Shown: one piece after another, positions 18,049 to 27,018 of the stretch
Layout: each line of letters begins with the position of its first letter
How positions within the stretch are numbered: position 1 is the stretch's first letter
From: a virus
Lineage: Duplodnaviria > Caudoviricetes
IMG/VR virus record: IMGVR_UViG_3300042401_001867
Location: 1 to 60,482 of that record
Length of the DNA: 60,482 bases
Strand: one strand, 5' to 3'
Made by a program: the position numbers and the translations under genes
Notes under the pieces: generated by a model
The model's database searches: none
The model's input: the letters and a program-made list of their open reading frames with translations, nothing else
What the model was told of the DNA's origin: nothing

Positions 18049-18124
18049 GCCGAAGAGACTATCAAATCATTTTGCTTCGCGGGGGAACCATCCTCCCCTA
18101 CGGGGTTCGGGTAGGACCTAGTCT

Positions 18125-18778
18125 GTGTGGGTGGAAGGTTCTTACGACAATGATTATAGTAAAATTGCCCTTGCTTTAACCGCCGCCCAACTAGCCAAAT
18201 CCACCAGTGTGAAAGAATTCGGGATTGGTGAAGACCTTTCAATAAACTTCTTTGGATGGAAGGATGACAATCTCGTCATTGTTTGCCAGATAAGGCAAGA
18301 CATGATGAAAATAGACCCAGAGCAGCGCTTAGGGCGCTGTGCGGAGCTTTGCAACGTAATAAGGCGTTACTGGGGGGTAACCTCAATAACCATGGTTGCA
18401 GAGGGTTACTGTTCTGCGGATATGACAGAAACGGCGGGGTTATCCCTTTCGGCTGCATTCCTTGATTCTTCCTTGCCAGTAAAAGAGTGCATAACCGTAA
18501 CCAACGTAACACTGGAAGAAAAGGCTGTATCTGATGGTGGGTTTGTAACCACGATAATTGCCGTTCCGTACACATACGAGCTTGGACGTACGGTGAATTG
18601 GTTTGAAACACTTATATATACAAATGGTGGTGGGAAGAACTTTAGGAACTCTAAATACCTGCAATCAATGCGCAGAGCCCTCAAAAACAAGGTTGTCACC
18701 GACCTCCCTGATGAGGCTTACGAGGAGCTGAGGTCCCTGATTAATGTAAATGGTTTTCATATACAGGAATTTTATTAA
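18125..18778 (+). CDS. hypothetical protein
   Basis: 217-aa ORF; start may be GTG 18131. Confidence 0.7.
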   Translation: MWVEGSYDNDYSKIALALTAAQLAKSTSVKEFGIGEDLSINFFGWKDDNLVIVCQIRQDMMKIDPEQRLGRCAELCNVIRRYWGVTSITMVAEGYCSADMTETAGLSLSAAFLDSSLPVKECITVTNVTLEEKAVSDGGFVTTIIAVPYTYELGRTVNWFETLIYTNGGGKNFRNSKYLQSMRRALKNKVVTDLPDEAYEELRSLINVNGFHIQEFY

Positions 18779-18795
18779 ACTATAATGTATTGGAC

Positions 18796-19134
18796 ATGCC
18801 ATTTTACGACAACACATACGATGACTCATACGGCAGAGAACAACGTCTATTCGACGATGTAACTATACTTCCGGCAGACAGAAAGCCATGTCTTGTCTGC
18901 GGTCACCCGACTGGGGATTGTGCTGGGGATAAAGCATCTCAAACGAAGATAGCTGGATTCGGAGTATTTGAATCGCTGAAGGCTATTCAAACTTTTTTGG
19001 TTGAAGAAGATGTTTACGAGGAGAGACAAATAACACCTTTCCTAAAAACAAAAGTATTGCTGTACAAACAGGGCAAGCAGATACCATATCTCGAAGCAGA
19101 AAGACTCGGCCTAACCAAAAGCCAAAAAGAATAA
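18796..19134 (+). CDS. hypothetical protein (CLVCGHPTGDC motif)
   Basis: ORF downstream of TATAAT. Confidence 0.7.
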   Translation: MPFYDNTYDDSYGREQRLFDDVTILPADRKPCLVCGHPTGDCAGDKASQTKIAGFGVFESLKAIQTFLVEEDVYEERQITPFLKTKVLLYKQGKQIPYLEAERLGLTKSQKE

Positions 19135-19222
19135 AAAGTTAATACGACTTTAGACCCTTTCAGTATTCTCTGCTAAGTTAAAATCGATACCTACTCAAAC
19201 CACTATCAAAATAGGAAAAATC

Positions 19223-21148
19223 ATGACGTCGCTTGACCAAACATTCGTGGATTCGTATTCCCTAAAACAGGCTCCCTGGGGCTTTAACGGTATGGGGGAG
19301 ATAGTTTTTCTTCGCACCTACAGCCGTAAAAAAGATAACGGAAACAACGAAACTTGGCCAGAAACTCTTCAGCGTGTAATCAACGGCGCGATGGAAGTTG
19401 GTGTTGAGTACACCAAGGAAGAGGCAGAGGCACTTTTCGACCATTGTTTTAACCTTCGTTGCTCTTTTTCGGGTCGTTCTCTTTGGCAACTCGGAACACC
19501 ACTTGTTCAGAAGCTAAATGCAACTTCATTAAACAATTGTTACTTCACCAACATCGAAAAGATTGAAGACTTCGAGTTGTTGTTCGAATACCTAATGCTC
19601 GGTGGTGGTGTTGGTTTCTCTGTAGAGCGCTCCAAGATTCACGATTTGCCAAAGGTGAAACTAGGCGTAACGATTACGCACGAACGTAGTAACGATGCAG
19701 ACATTATTGTCCCCGACTCACGTCAGGGTTGGAAGCGACTTCTTCATGCAGTATTGAAGTCGTACTTTGATACCGGAAAGTCTTTTTCGTACTCAACGGT
19801 TCTTATTCGCGAGTATGGTGCACCGTTGAAAACATTCGGTGGTACCGCATCTGGCCCTGGGGCTCTCATCGATGGAATCGCAGACATTGCGAAAGTAATG
19901 CAGAATCGCGAGGGCAAGAAGCTCCGTTCGATAGACGTGCTTGACATTTGCAACATTATTGGTCGTATTGTCGTCTCTGGTTCATCGCGACGTTCGGCAC
20001 AGATTGCGATGGGTGACCCAGATGACGTTCTTTTCCTTCGTGCCAAAAATTGGGCATCTGGGAACATCCCAGCATGGAGAGCAAACTCAAACAACTCCAT
20101 TTACGCCGACCACTACGACGAAATCATGACCGAACTCTGGAAAGGCTACGACGGAACAGGTGAACCTTATGGCTTGTTGAATCGTCGACTTGCTCGCAAG
20201 TTCGGAAGGCTCGGTGAGGCTAAGGCCGATAACTCAATTGAAGGCTTCAACCCATGCGCGGAAATAGCACTAGCCGACGGAGAGTCGTGCAACTTGGCAA
20301 CCATATTCTTGCCAAACGTTGAGTCGCTTGAGCAATTTAAAGAAATCTCCCGTTTGCTTTATAAGACACAAAAACAAATAACTCGCATGGCTTATCCGTA
20401 CGAGAAGACAACGAACATCGTCAGCAAGAACGCACGACTAGGACAATCAGTAACTGGAATCCTCCAGTGTTCAGAAGAGCAGGTTTCTTGGCTGTCACCT
20501 GCATATGAGTACTTGCAGGAATTTGACAAGCATTACTCCGCTGAGCGTGGATGGCCGGAATCGGTTCGCTTAACCACGGTCCAGCCTTCTGGAACGCTTT
20601 CGCTCCTTCCTGGCGTGACTCCTGGAATCCACCCTGCATTTGCTCCTTTCTACGTCAGACGGGTTCGCTTTGGCTCTTCAGACCCCCTTGTGGACGCTTG
20701 TCGCAAGCGTGGATACAAAATCCAGTGGGACATAGGCATTGACGGCAGAGAGGACCACACGCGTTATGTGGTGGACTTCCCATGCATGTCACCGGAGGGC
20801 TCAATTCTTGCTTCAGCAATGACTGCGGTAGAGCAGCTTGAGTGGGTCAAGAAGATGCAGACCGAGTGGGCAGATAATGCTGTTTCCGTGACTGTCTATT
20901 ACCGAAAAGAGGAACTCGGAGAAATTCAGGAGTGGCTCTCAAAGAACTACGACAAGAGCGTTAAGTCGGTTTCATTCTTGTTGCATGTTGACCATAACTT
21001 CTCCTTGCCTCCATACGAGGAAATCACTAAAGAGGAGTACAACAAGATGCTCGCCAAGGTTGATTTTTCAACTCCGTTGCAAGACGTTGCTTTTATGGGA
21101 GATTTGGACCTCGACAATTGCGCAACGGGTGCCTGTCCGATAAAGTAG
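19223..21148 (+). CDS. nrdJ: class II adenosylcobalamin-dependent ribonucleotide reductase (monomeric type)
   Basis: RTYSR, LNNC, GGGVG, RRSA, NPCAE active site, TTVQPSGT, C-terminal CATGACPIK. Confidence 0.93.
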   Translation: MTSLDQTFVDSYSLKQAPWGFNGMGEIVFLRTYSRKKDNGNNETWPETLQRVINGAMEVGVEYTKEEAEALFDHCFNLRCSFSGRSLWQLGTPLVQKLNATSLNNCYFTNIEKIEDFELLFEYLMLGGGVGFSVERSKIHDLPKVKLGVTITHERSNDADIIVPDSRQGWKRLLHAVLKSYFDTGKSFSYSTVLIREYGAPLKTFGGTASGPGALIDGIADIAKVMQNREGKKLRSIDVLDICNIIGRIVVSGSSRRSAQIAMGDPDDVLFLRAKNWASGNIPAWRANSNNSIYADHYDEIMTELWKGYDGTGEPYGLLNRRLARKFGRLGEAKADNSIEGFNPCAEIALADGESCNLATIFLPNVESLEQFKEISRLLYKTQKQITRMAYPYEKTTNIVSKNARLGQSVTGILQCSEEQVSWLSPAYEYLQEFDKHYSAERGWPESVRLTTVQPSGTLSLLPGVTPGIHPAFAPFYVRRVRFGSSDPLVDACRKRGYKIQWDIGIDGREDHTRYVVDFPCMSPEGSILASAMTAVEQLEWVKKMQTEWADNAVSVTVYYRKEELGEIQEWLSKNYDKSVKSVSFLLHVDHNFSLPPYEEITKEEYNKMLAKVDFSTPLQDVAFMGDLDLDNCATGACPIK

Positions 21149-21152
21149 AGGC

Positions 21153-21647
21153 ATGGCAGGAAGAAAACCAATTCCAGAAGAAGAACGCTTTTGGGAAAAG
21201 GTAGATAAATCTGGACGTAATCCAGATAAACCAGATTGTTGGGAATGGACTGCGAACACAGTAAAAACATATGGCATGTTTTCGTGCAAACGAAATGGAA
21301 TAAGCGGAAACATTCAGACGCATAAATATATTTGGGAAAAACTAAACGGTCCTGTTCCGGAAGGGCTTGAAGTTTGTCACCTATGCAACAACCCACCATG
21401 CGTACGTCCAGACCATTTAGAGGTTGGTACTCGTTCTCACAACCAGCGTTATTCTGTATTGCATGGAAACCATAAGGAAAGCAGAAAAACCCACTGCAAA
21501 CACGGCCATCTTTACGACGAAGGAAATACCTATTGGAAAATCAGCGAACACACCGGCTTTAAAACGCGTGATTGCAAGACATGTCATAAAAGGTGGAATC
21601 AAGAGCGCAGTGAGCGCAGGCGGAAGCAAAAGAAAGAAGAGAAATGA
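21153..21647 (+). CDS. HNH homing endonuclease
   Basis: RFWEKVDK...CWEW, VCHLCNNPPCVRPDHL.VGT...N, THCKHGH...CKTC. Confidence 0.88.
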   Translation: MAGRKPIPEEERFWEKVDKSGRNPDKPDCWEWTANTVKTYGMFSCKRNGISGNIQTHKYIWEKLNGPVPEGLEVCHLCNNPPCVRPDHLEVGTRSHNQRYSVLHGNHKESRKTHCKHGHLYDEGNTYWKISEHTGFKTRDCKTCHKRWNQERSERRRKQKKEEK

Positions 21648-22177
21648 CCAAGAGCATGCCACTCATTGAAAGATTTTTCCAGAAGGTTGATAAGTCTGGT
21701 AACGATAAATTTCCAGATTGCTGGATTTGGAAAGGTGGAAGGACTAGCAAAAATTACGGTTCTTTCAAGTATTACCAAGACAAGTCGGCGATTGGGTCAC
21801 ATGTATCAAGTTATCTTTTTCATGTAGGAGAAGTTCCAAAAGGCATGCTTGTCCGTCATCGTTGTGATAACCCACCCTGTGTGAATCCAGAACATCTACT
21901 TCTTGGGACTAACTCCGACAATATGAAAGACATGTATGCAAGAGGAAGAAATGGCCCTTCGACAAAAAAGCGCACTCATTGTTTTAAGGGTCATTTATTT
22001 GAAGAATTTGGCGTGTATGAGCGAAAGAAAAAAAATGGCAGGACCGACCGAATTTGCAGGGAGTGTCAACGTAATAAAGCTCTCCAGAAACGACATAGTC
22101 CAGAAACAAGAGAAGCGCTCCTAAAGTATCAGCGCGAGTATCAAAGAGCGCGTTATGTTAAGAAGAATAAAATCTAG
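21644..22177 (+). CDS. HNH homing endonuclease
   Basis: RFFQKVDK...CWIW, VRHRCDNPPCVNPEHLLLGTNSDN, THCFKGH...CREC. Confidence 0.9.
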   Translation: MTKSMPLIERFFQKVDKSGNDKFPDCWIWKGGRTSKNYGSFKYYQDKSAIGSHVSSYLFHVGEVPKGMLVRHRCDNPPCVNPEHLLLGTNSDNMKDMYARGRNGPSTKKRTHCFKGHLFEEFGVYERKKKNGRTDRICRECQRNKALQKRHSPETREALLKYQREYQRARYVKKNKI

Positions 22178-22248
22178 CCCCATTAGCTTAATGGATAAAG
22201 TGGATGCCTTCTAAGCATCTGATGGGAGTTCGATTCTCTCATGGGGCG
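22177..22248 (+). tRNA. tRNA-Arg(TCT)
   Basis: GCCCCAT/ATGGGGC acceptor, GATGC-CTTCTAA-GCATC anticodon arm, GTTCGATTC. Confidence 0.88.
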
Positions 22249-22250
22249 CT

Positions 22251-22460
22251 ATGAAACATATAATTCACGTTCATCAACAAAAAATCAAAAAGGGTCTTGA
22301 CGCAATAATAGATAGAACCTATAAGGGGTCAAAACATAGTCGAGGCTTGACTATACTTTGTCCAAGTTGTGGATGCGATGCAGCAAAAATAGTTCAATCT
22401 CAAAAACCTGACAAGTGTGGGGCCAGGGTTTGGATTGAGGCAGAAAGCGTCAGTGAATAA
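22251..22460 (+). CDS. hypothetical protein
   Basis: IIHVHQQKIK ... CGARVWIE motif. Confidence 0.7.
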   Translation: MKHIIHVHQQKIKKGLDAIIDRTYKGSKHSRGLTILCPSCGCDAAKIVQSQKPDKCGARVWIEAESVSE

Positions 22461-22479
22461 ACAACACGGAGAAGGGGCT

Positions 22480-23151
22480 ATGGAAGCACAAAGTTTTGGT
22501 TTTGTTCGTCTCGACTCATGTATGGCTGATGATATTTCGGTCGTCAATTCGGCTCGGGTTTCATTTGCTAGGTCGCAGCAAGAGATGGATGAATCCGCAA
22601 TAGGATTAATCAACTTTCTCATGCGCGAGAAGCATGGGACTCCTTTTGAGCACAATGCATTTCGGTTTCATGTTAAGTGTCCGGTTTTTGTTGCTAGAGA
22701 GTGGTTCCGGCACAGGATTGGCTCGTTTAATGAATTTTCAGCAAGATACAGCGAGGTACAGGAAGACTTTTTTGTCCCATACCAAAACGATGTTAGGTCG
22801 CAGGTTGGCAAACCGGGGTCATACGAGTTCCTTCCGGTCGGTGAAGACGTTGCCGACCAGGCGATAGAAATAATCAATCAAGCAAATAGCAGCGCGTACG
22901 AGTCATATAGAAAACTTATAGATATTGGCGTTGCAAAAGAACTATCAAGAACTGTTCTCCCGGTTGGTATGTACACACAGTTCTATTGGACGGCAAACGC
23001 TCGCTCTTTGATGAATTTTCTTTCGTTGCGGTTGTCTAAAACAGCGCAACTTGACATCAGGGGGTACGCAAAGTCCGTAGAGGCTATTTTTGCAGAAAAA
23101 ATGCCTGTTACGCATAAAGCCTGGGTTGAGAATGGGATGAATTGCCCTTAG
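22480..23151 (+). CDS. thyX: flavin-dependent thymidylate synthase
   Basis: ARVS, HGTPFEH, RHRIGSFNEFSARY signature, NARSLMNFLSLR. Confidence 0.93.
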   Translation: MEAQSFGFVRLDSCMADDISVVNSARVSFARSQQEMDESAIGLINFLMREKHGTPFEHNAFRFHVKCPVFVAREWFRHRIGSFNEFSARYSEVQEDFFVPYQNDVRSQVGKPGSYEFLPVGEDVADQAIEIINQANSSAYESYRKLIDIGVAKELSRTVLPVGMYTQFYWTANARSLMNFLSLRLSKTAQLDIRGYAKSVEAIFAEKMPVTHKAWVENGMNCP

Positions 23152-23270
23152 GCGTCATTTAAATTTATCGCAATTGTAAGTCCTGGTAATAAGACTTACT
23201 ATTGCTATGATGCATTATGAGGGAGCATCCATCTAGGTGGTGCTGAAACTGACTCTGTCTACCCTCACTC

Positions 23271-23343
23271 TGGCGAGTAGCTCAGTTGGCAGAGCAGCGG
23301 ACTGTTAATCCGCTTGTCGTAGGTTCGAGCCCTACCTCGCCAG
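23271..23343 (+). tRNA. tRNA-Asn(GTT)
   Basis: TGGCGAG/CTCGCCA acceptor, GCGGA-CTGTTAA-TCCGC anticodon arm. Confidence 0.92.
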
Positions 23344-23365
23344 CAACTAGTATTGGCTAAACCAC

Positions 23366-23455
23366 GGAATGGTGGCAGAGAGGCTTATTGCACCTGTCTT
23401 GAAAACAGGAGTCCGTTTGCGCGGACCGGGGGTTCAAATCCCTCCCATTCCTCCA
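23366..23455 (+). tRNA. tRNA-Ser(TGA)
   Basis: GGAATGG/CCATTCC acceptor, CCTGT-CTTGAAA-ACAGG, long variable arm, encoded CCA. Confidence 0.92.
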
Positions 23456-23473
23456 TGTATGTTATTGTTTTGG

Positions 23474-23550
23474 GCACGCAATAGCATCAGCGGTAGAGCA
23501 CTCACACTATCTAGTGGGAGGTTCCTGGGTTCGAGCCCCAGGCTGCGTGT
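23474..23550 (+). pseudogene. aberrant or degenerate tRNA (anticodon unassignable)
   Basis: GCACGCA/TGCGTGT pairing, intact CCTGGG-TTCGAGC-CCCAGG T arm, bulged D stem, 8-nt loop ACTATCTA. Confidence 0.6.
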
Positions 23551-23553
23551 CTA

Positions 23554-23628
23554 GCCCTTTTAGCTCAGTGGTAGAGCACCTCACTTGTAATGAGGTGGTC
23601 CTCGGTTCAATCCCGAGAGAGGGCTCCA
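23554..23628 (+). tRNA. tRNA-Thr(TGT)
   Basis: GCCCTTT/AGAGGGC acceptor, CCTCA-CTTGTAA-TGAGG, encoded CCA. Confidence 0.92.
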
Positions 23629-23650
23629 AGTGATGTAGAATTCATTCCCC

Positions 23651-24451
23651 ATGGGAATAACTATTTACAGGAACCAAAGGATTGGCAAAATACCGCCAAC
23701 CCCTGCTGTCTCGATAGTCGACGAATCAGTCACCCCGGACAGTATCAAGTCACTTATTGAGTACGGCTCGATGCTCGGCCACCCAGTCTCCTACCTTCAG
23801 GAGCAAGATGGTCGATTAATTCATAACTTGGTACCTGTTCACAAAACAGAGTCTCAGCAGATTTCGACATCTTCCAAGGTTGAGCTGGAGATGCACACAG
23901 AGTCATCCTTTCATCCATACCGGCCCTCTTATGTCCTGCTGCTCTGTTTGCGCGGCGATGAAGCCGTAGCGACAACATACGCCAATGATTTTGATATAGT
24001 TCCAAAGTTGAGCCAAGAAGCAGTTTCCATACTTCAAAAAGAATGGTTCACAACACAAATTGACCAAAGTTTTAGGTCGGATGGGCAGCCAGATATTGAT
24101 GTCCGCACGTCGATACTTGAAAGAATAAGCCAAGATACAAATTCCGGCTGGAAAATAACTTACGATTCGTGGTTTATGAAAGCCGTTGGAGATGGAACCG
24201 AGGAGTCTCGATTGCAAGCCGAACGGGCGCTACTGGAGATGCGCGAGGCGGTTGATTCTTCCACCAACGAGGTAGTCCTAAAGACAGGTGACTTATTGGT
24301 AATAAACAATGATTGCACCGTTCACGGAAGAAAGCCATTCCAACCGCGATATGACGGAACCGATAGATGGGTCCAGAGAATGCTTGTGGTTCGTGAAATG
24401 CCACCGGCAGAGCATGTTGATGGGCACATGATTATCACCGAGTTTAAATAG
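23651..24451 (+). CDS. clavaminate-synthase/TauD-like Fe(II)/2-oxoglutarate oxygenase
   Basis: LEMHTE (HxE), LLLCLR.D, LKTGDLLVINN...HGR.PF...DRWVQR. Confidence 0.85.
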   Translation: MGITIYRNQRIGKIPPTPAVSIVDESVTPDSIKSLIEYGSMLGHPVSYLQEQDGRLIHNLVPVHKTESQQISTSSKVELEMHTESSFHPYRPSYVLLLCLRGDEAVATTYANDFDIVPKLSQEAVSILQKEWFTTQIDQSFRSDGQPDIDVRTSILERISQDTNSGWKITYDSWFMKAVGDGTEESRLQAERALLEMREAVDSSTNEVVLKTGDLLVINNDCTVHGRKPFQPRYDGTDRWVQRMLVVREMPPAEHVDGHMIITEFK

Positions 24452-24750
24452 TGATGGATTTTGATGTGATGCCACGTTCAGAGAATCATCTTTATCAAAT
24501 TGCTGTCTTCCAATCTAGGTACAGCGGAATATATGAAGGTGGAGAATGGTTCGCGATTGGAAACTTCAAAAGTTTCGACGAAATAGGGATTTCAGAATAC
24601 CTCTTTGGCGATGATTGTGATGCTGTCGATTTTTGGATGTCTGAACAATCAGAAATGATTGGAGTTGGAAGCACGCCAGACGCTGCAGTCAAGAACCTCT
24701 ACGAGCGACACACAACCAAGGGCGAACCTACTCAAACATCTCTGGATTAA
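24451..24750 (+). CDS. hypothetical protein
   Basis: RYSGIYEGGEWFA...GVGSTPDAA. Confidence 0.7.
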   Translation: MMDFDVMPRSENHLYQIAVFQSRYSGIYEGGEWFAIGNFKSFDEIGISEYLFGDDCDAVDFWMSEQSEMIGVGSTPDAAVKNLYERHTTKGEPTQTSLD

Positions 24751-24940
24751 TAAAAGTCATCTTGTCCCACATTCTCCTTAGCAGTGGGACCGAAGCAGCC
24801 ACAACAAATAGCGCAATAGCTACAGCGGCCATCAATGGGTTATTTTTTCCAACTGTTGGCTTATTCAGATTCATGATTGGTCCCATCTATTTTAGAGATA
24901 CTGTTTATAGGTTCATCTTATAACAAGATTACACACCATA

Positions 24941-25096
24941 ATGTACGTTATGTTCTACATCATCTTAATCCTAACAATAACAGCAGTATTGTCCCTACAC
25001 GCATACCTAATGAAGACCGTAGAGTCGTACGATAGCTACGCTGGTGGCTCGTTCCGCGAGTGGCAGGATTTCGAGAAGCAAAAACTAGGTTTGTAG
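24941..25096 (+). CDS. 51-aa membrane protein
   Basis: Translated by eye (MYVMFYIILILTITAVLSLHAYL...). Confidence 0.5.
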   Translation: MYVMFYIILILTITAVLSLHAYLMKTVESYDSYAGGSFREWQDFEKQKLGL

Positions 25097-25097
25097 A

Positions 25098-25706
25098 CTA
25101 TCTAACGTATATACCTATACGTTCCAACTCGGTTCCTTCGTCGCTAATAAACTGATAGCCATCCGGTTTTGGGTCTGGCTCATCTTTCCATACAGGAATC
25201 ATTGAATCATTGCCGTAAGCGAAGTCTGGATTTTCCCGCAGGTGTATTTCGATTAGTTTTCCGCCAATAAACTCGCAGTTGATTGTTCTGTAATGAAGTG
25301 GGATGAGCCCTATGAACTGTGGTAATGGGTGCCACTTATCTGTTTTTTCCCATTTGGTAAACCTTTGATATGGGCGCTCTAGATGCTTTGTTCCGACTGT
25401 TTTAAGGATTGGCTTGTATCCCCTGTAGTCGACGCTTAAGTGCTCACCCTCAAATACTTCGCACCAGAATTCTCCTGGATGTAGGAGCTCTGTTGTTTTT
25501 TCTTCTATGTATATTTTTCTTGCTTTTTCACCCATTCCCTCTATGTTCGTAACAGGCTTCACGAAGTATTCACCCGGTTTTGGAACCGGGGTTCCGCGTG
25601 GACCACATATGTGTCCGGAAAGTCTGGAAACAATTAGTTTGTCGAATACCCAAAGATGCTTTGTGTCGCAGTTAAGCCATGCTTTTGCCTCTAGTGAGAG
25701 CTCCAC
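25098..25706 (-). CDS. ATP-grasp-like phage protein
   Basis: DKL...YFVKP..N..GMG...FWCEVFEGEHLSVD...INCEFIGGKLIEIHLR.NPD. Confidence 0.65.
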   Translation of the reverse strand: MELSLEAKAWLNCDTKHLWVFDKLIVSRLSGHICGPRGTPVPKPGEYFVKPVTNIEGMGEKARKIYIEEKTTELLHPGEFWCEVFEGEHLSVDYRGYKPILKTVGTKHLERPYQRFTKWEKTDKWHPLPQFIGLIPLHYRTINCEFIGGKLIEIHLRENPDFAYGNDSMIPVWKDEPDPKPDGYQFISDEGTELERIGIYVR

Positions 25707-25708
25707 TT

Positions 25709-25954
25709 CTATGGCTCAATAAAGATGCACTCACCAGGGCACTCTTCTGCTGACTCAATAACGTCATCAAGCCTGTCGTCCGAGAAGGATGCCAAACCAG
25801 CTGCGCCTTCTGGGTTCCCCGCAGCGGCCGCATAAATCTTGTCCCCTTCGCGCACATACGCAAGACCGTCTGGCATCATGTGAAACACATCTGGCGCTAT
25901 CTCCGCGCATAGACCATCTCCAGTGCATAGGTCTTGGTCAATCCATACTCTCAA
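25709..25954 (-). CDS. single-cluster ferredoxin (actinobacterial type)
   Basis: RVWIDQDLCTGDGLCAEIAPDVF...AEECPGECI; TTG start overlaps the upstream TGA. Confidence 0.9.
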   Translation of the reverse strand: MRVWIDQDLCTGDGLCAEIAPDVFHMMPDGLAYVREGDKIYAAAAGNPEGAAGLASFSDDRLDDVIESAEECPGECIFIEP

Positions 25955-26349
25955 TTTTTGAATTCCGCCCACGTTTTGTCGCCAACGCCGAAGTATTCAC
26001 GAGCATAACCAGAACCAATGATATCCTTATTCAAACACGCTGTTGTTGGGTCGTCTATTTTGTCCGAGCTATATATTCTTGCAAGAACACGCCCATACTT
26101 GTCGTTTTTGTCTGGAATTGTATTTACAAAAACCCACTTGTGATTAGTCAGCCAATCCTTGGTGAATGACTTGGCCTTCAAACCAAGTTCTTTTTCTGCA
26201 AGGTCTTTCGTTCTTGATTCAGGGGTGTTGACTCCATATAAGCGAACACGAATCTTGTGATGCACGCTGAACCCTAGGTCGACCATCAGGTCTACGGTGT
26301 CACCATCCACAACATTGAGGACCGTAGCCCCATACCAGAAGCGTTCCAT
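25951..26349 (-). CDS. staphylococcal-nuclease (SNase)-like nuclease
   Basis: VVDGDT...RVRLYGVNTPE...DKYGRVLA...GYA. Confidence 0.88.
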   Translation of the reverse strand: MERFWYGATVLNVVDGDTVDLMVDLGFSVHHKIRVRLYGVNTPESRTKDLAEKELGLKAKSFTKDWLTNHKWVFVNTIPDKNDKYGRVLARIYSSDKIDDPTTACLNKDIIGSGYAREYFGVGDKTWAEFKN

Positions 26350-26355
26350 TTTTTT

Positions 26356-26967
26356 TTATTCCTCAGACTTGTTTTTAGAATTTTTGTATCTATCTAGAAG
26401 TCGTCTTCCTTTTGCGGCCAGCTTTGCAGCATCTTCTGCATTCTTGGGGACTCTTTCACCCCATGCCGTTGCTGATAGCGCCAAGCGCGTTGCTCTACCC
26501 TTTTCGTCAACCATTGGTCCTGATGGGTTTGTAAAAAATCTTGTCAAGAACGAACCCTTGCGACGCATTTTTTCTGGTGTATCAGCAGCGCCCTTTACAC
26601 CCGGCTTGAGTTTTGAGCCTTCGATTCTATTAAAGTACGCTCTACCGGCTGCAGTCAAACCACCCTTTGGGTCTTTTAGTTTTGGCTTTGCAGATTTTTC
26701 ATCAACCGGGACACAGTTCGGAACCTTTTTGCCGCTCTTGCCAATCTTCATTCCAACTTGTTTGTATCCAGGCCAACACGGACCATCTGATGTCTTAGTG
26801 TTTAAATCATCTGGTAAACCAGAACCATCCATATAGCTATCAAAAACTTTTGAAGAGTAATATTCATCGTAGATTGGCATCAAGTCTTCTGCATCCACAT
26901 CGGTCGATACTTCTACCTTGAGGTTGAGTAGTTCTTCGAAAAGTTGGTCATCATTTAGTTCGTTCAT
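26356..26967 (-). CDS. DUF6321-like basic protein with CW.GY...VPNCV motif
   Basis: GPCWPGYKQVG...KVPNCVP followed by KDPKGGLTAAGR...RRKGSFL.RF...RLALSA.AWG. Confidence 0.65.
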   Translation of the reverse strand: MNELNDDQLFEELLNLKVEVSTDVDAEDLMPIYDEYYSSKVFDSYMDGSGLPDDLNTKTSDGPCWPGYKQVGMKIGKSGKKVPNCVPVDEKSAKPKLKDPKGGLTAAGRAYFNRIEGSKLKPGVKGAADTPEKMRRKGSFLTRFFTNPSGPMVDEKGRATRLALSATAWGERVPKNAEDAAKLAAKGRRLLDRYKNSKNKSEE

Positions 26968-27018
26968 TGCACAATTCTCCCATATTTCCTGTAATTTAGG
27001 CGACAACAAATAATAACA

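Noticed and set aside
23218-23267. Hammerhead ribozyme
   Set aside because: GAAA and a stem are present but the CUGANGA core is missing; kept only as an unassigned structure.
23474-23550. Amber suppressor tRNA and TAG recoding
   Set aside because: CTA is not centred in a 7-nt loop, and TAG ends complete genes such as nrdJ and thyX under the standard code.
23369-23554. 61-aa ORF in the track
   Set aside because: It lies over tRNA-Ser and the aberrant tRNA.
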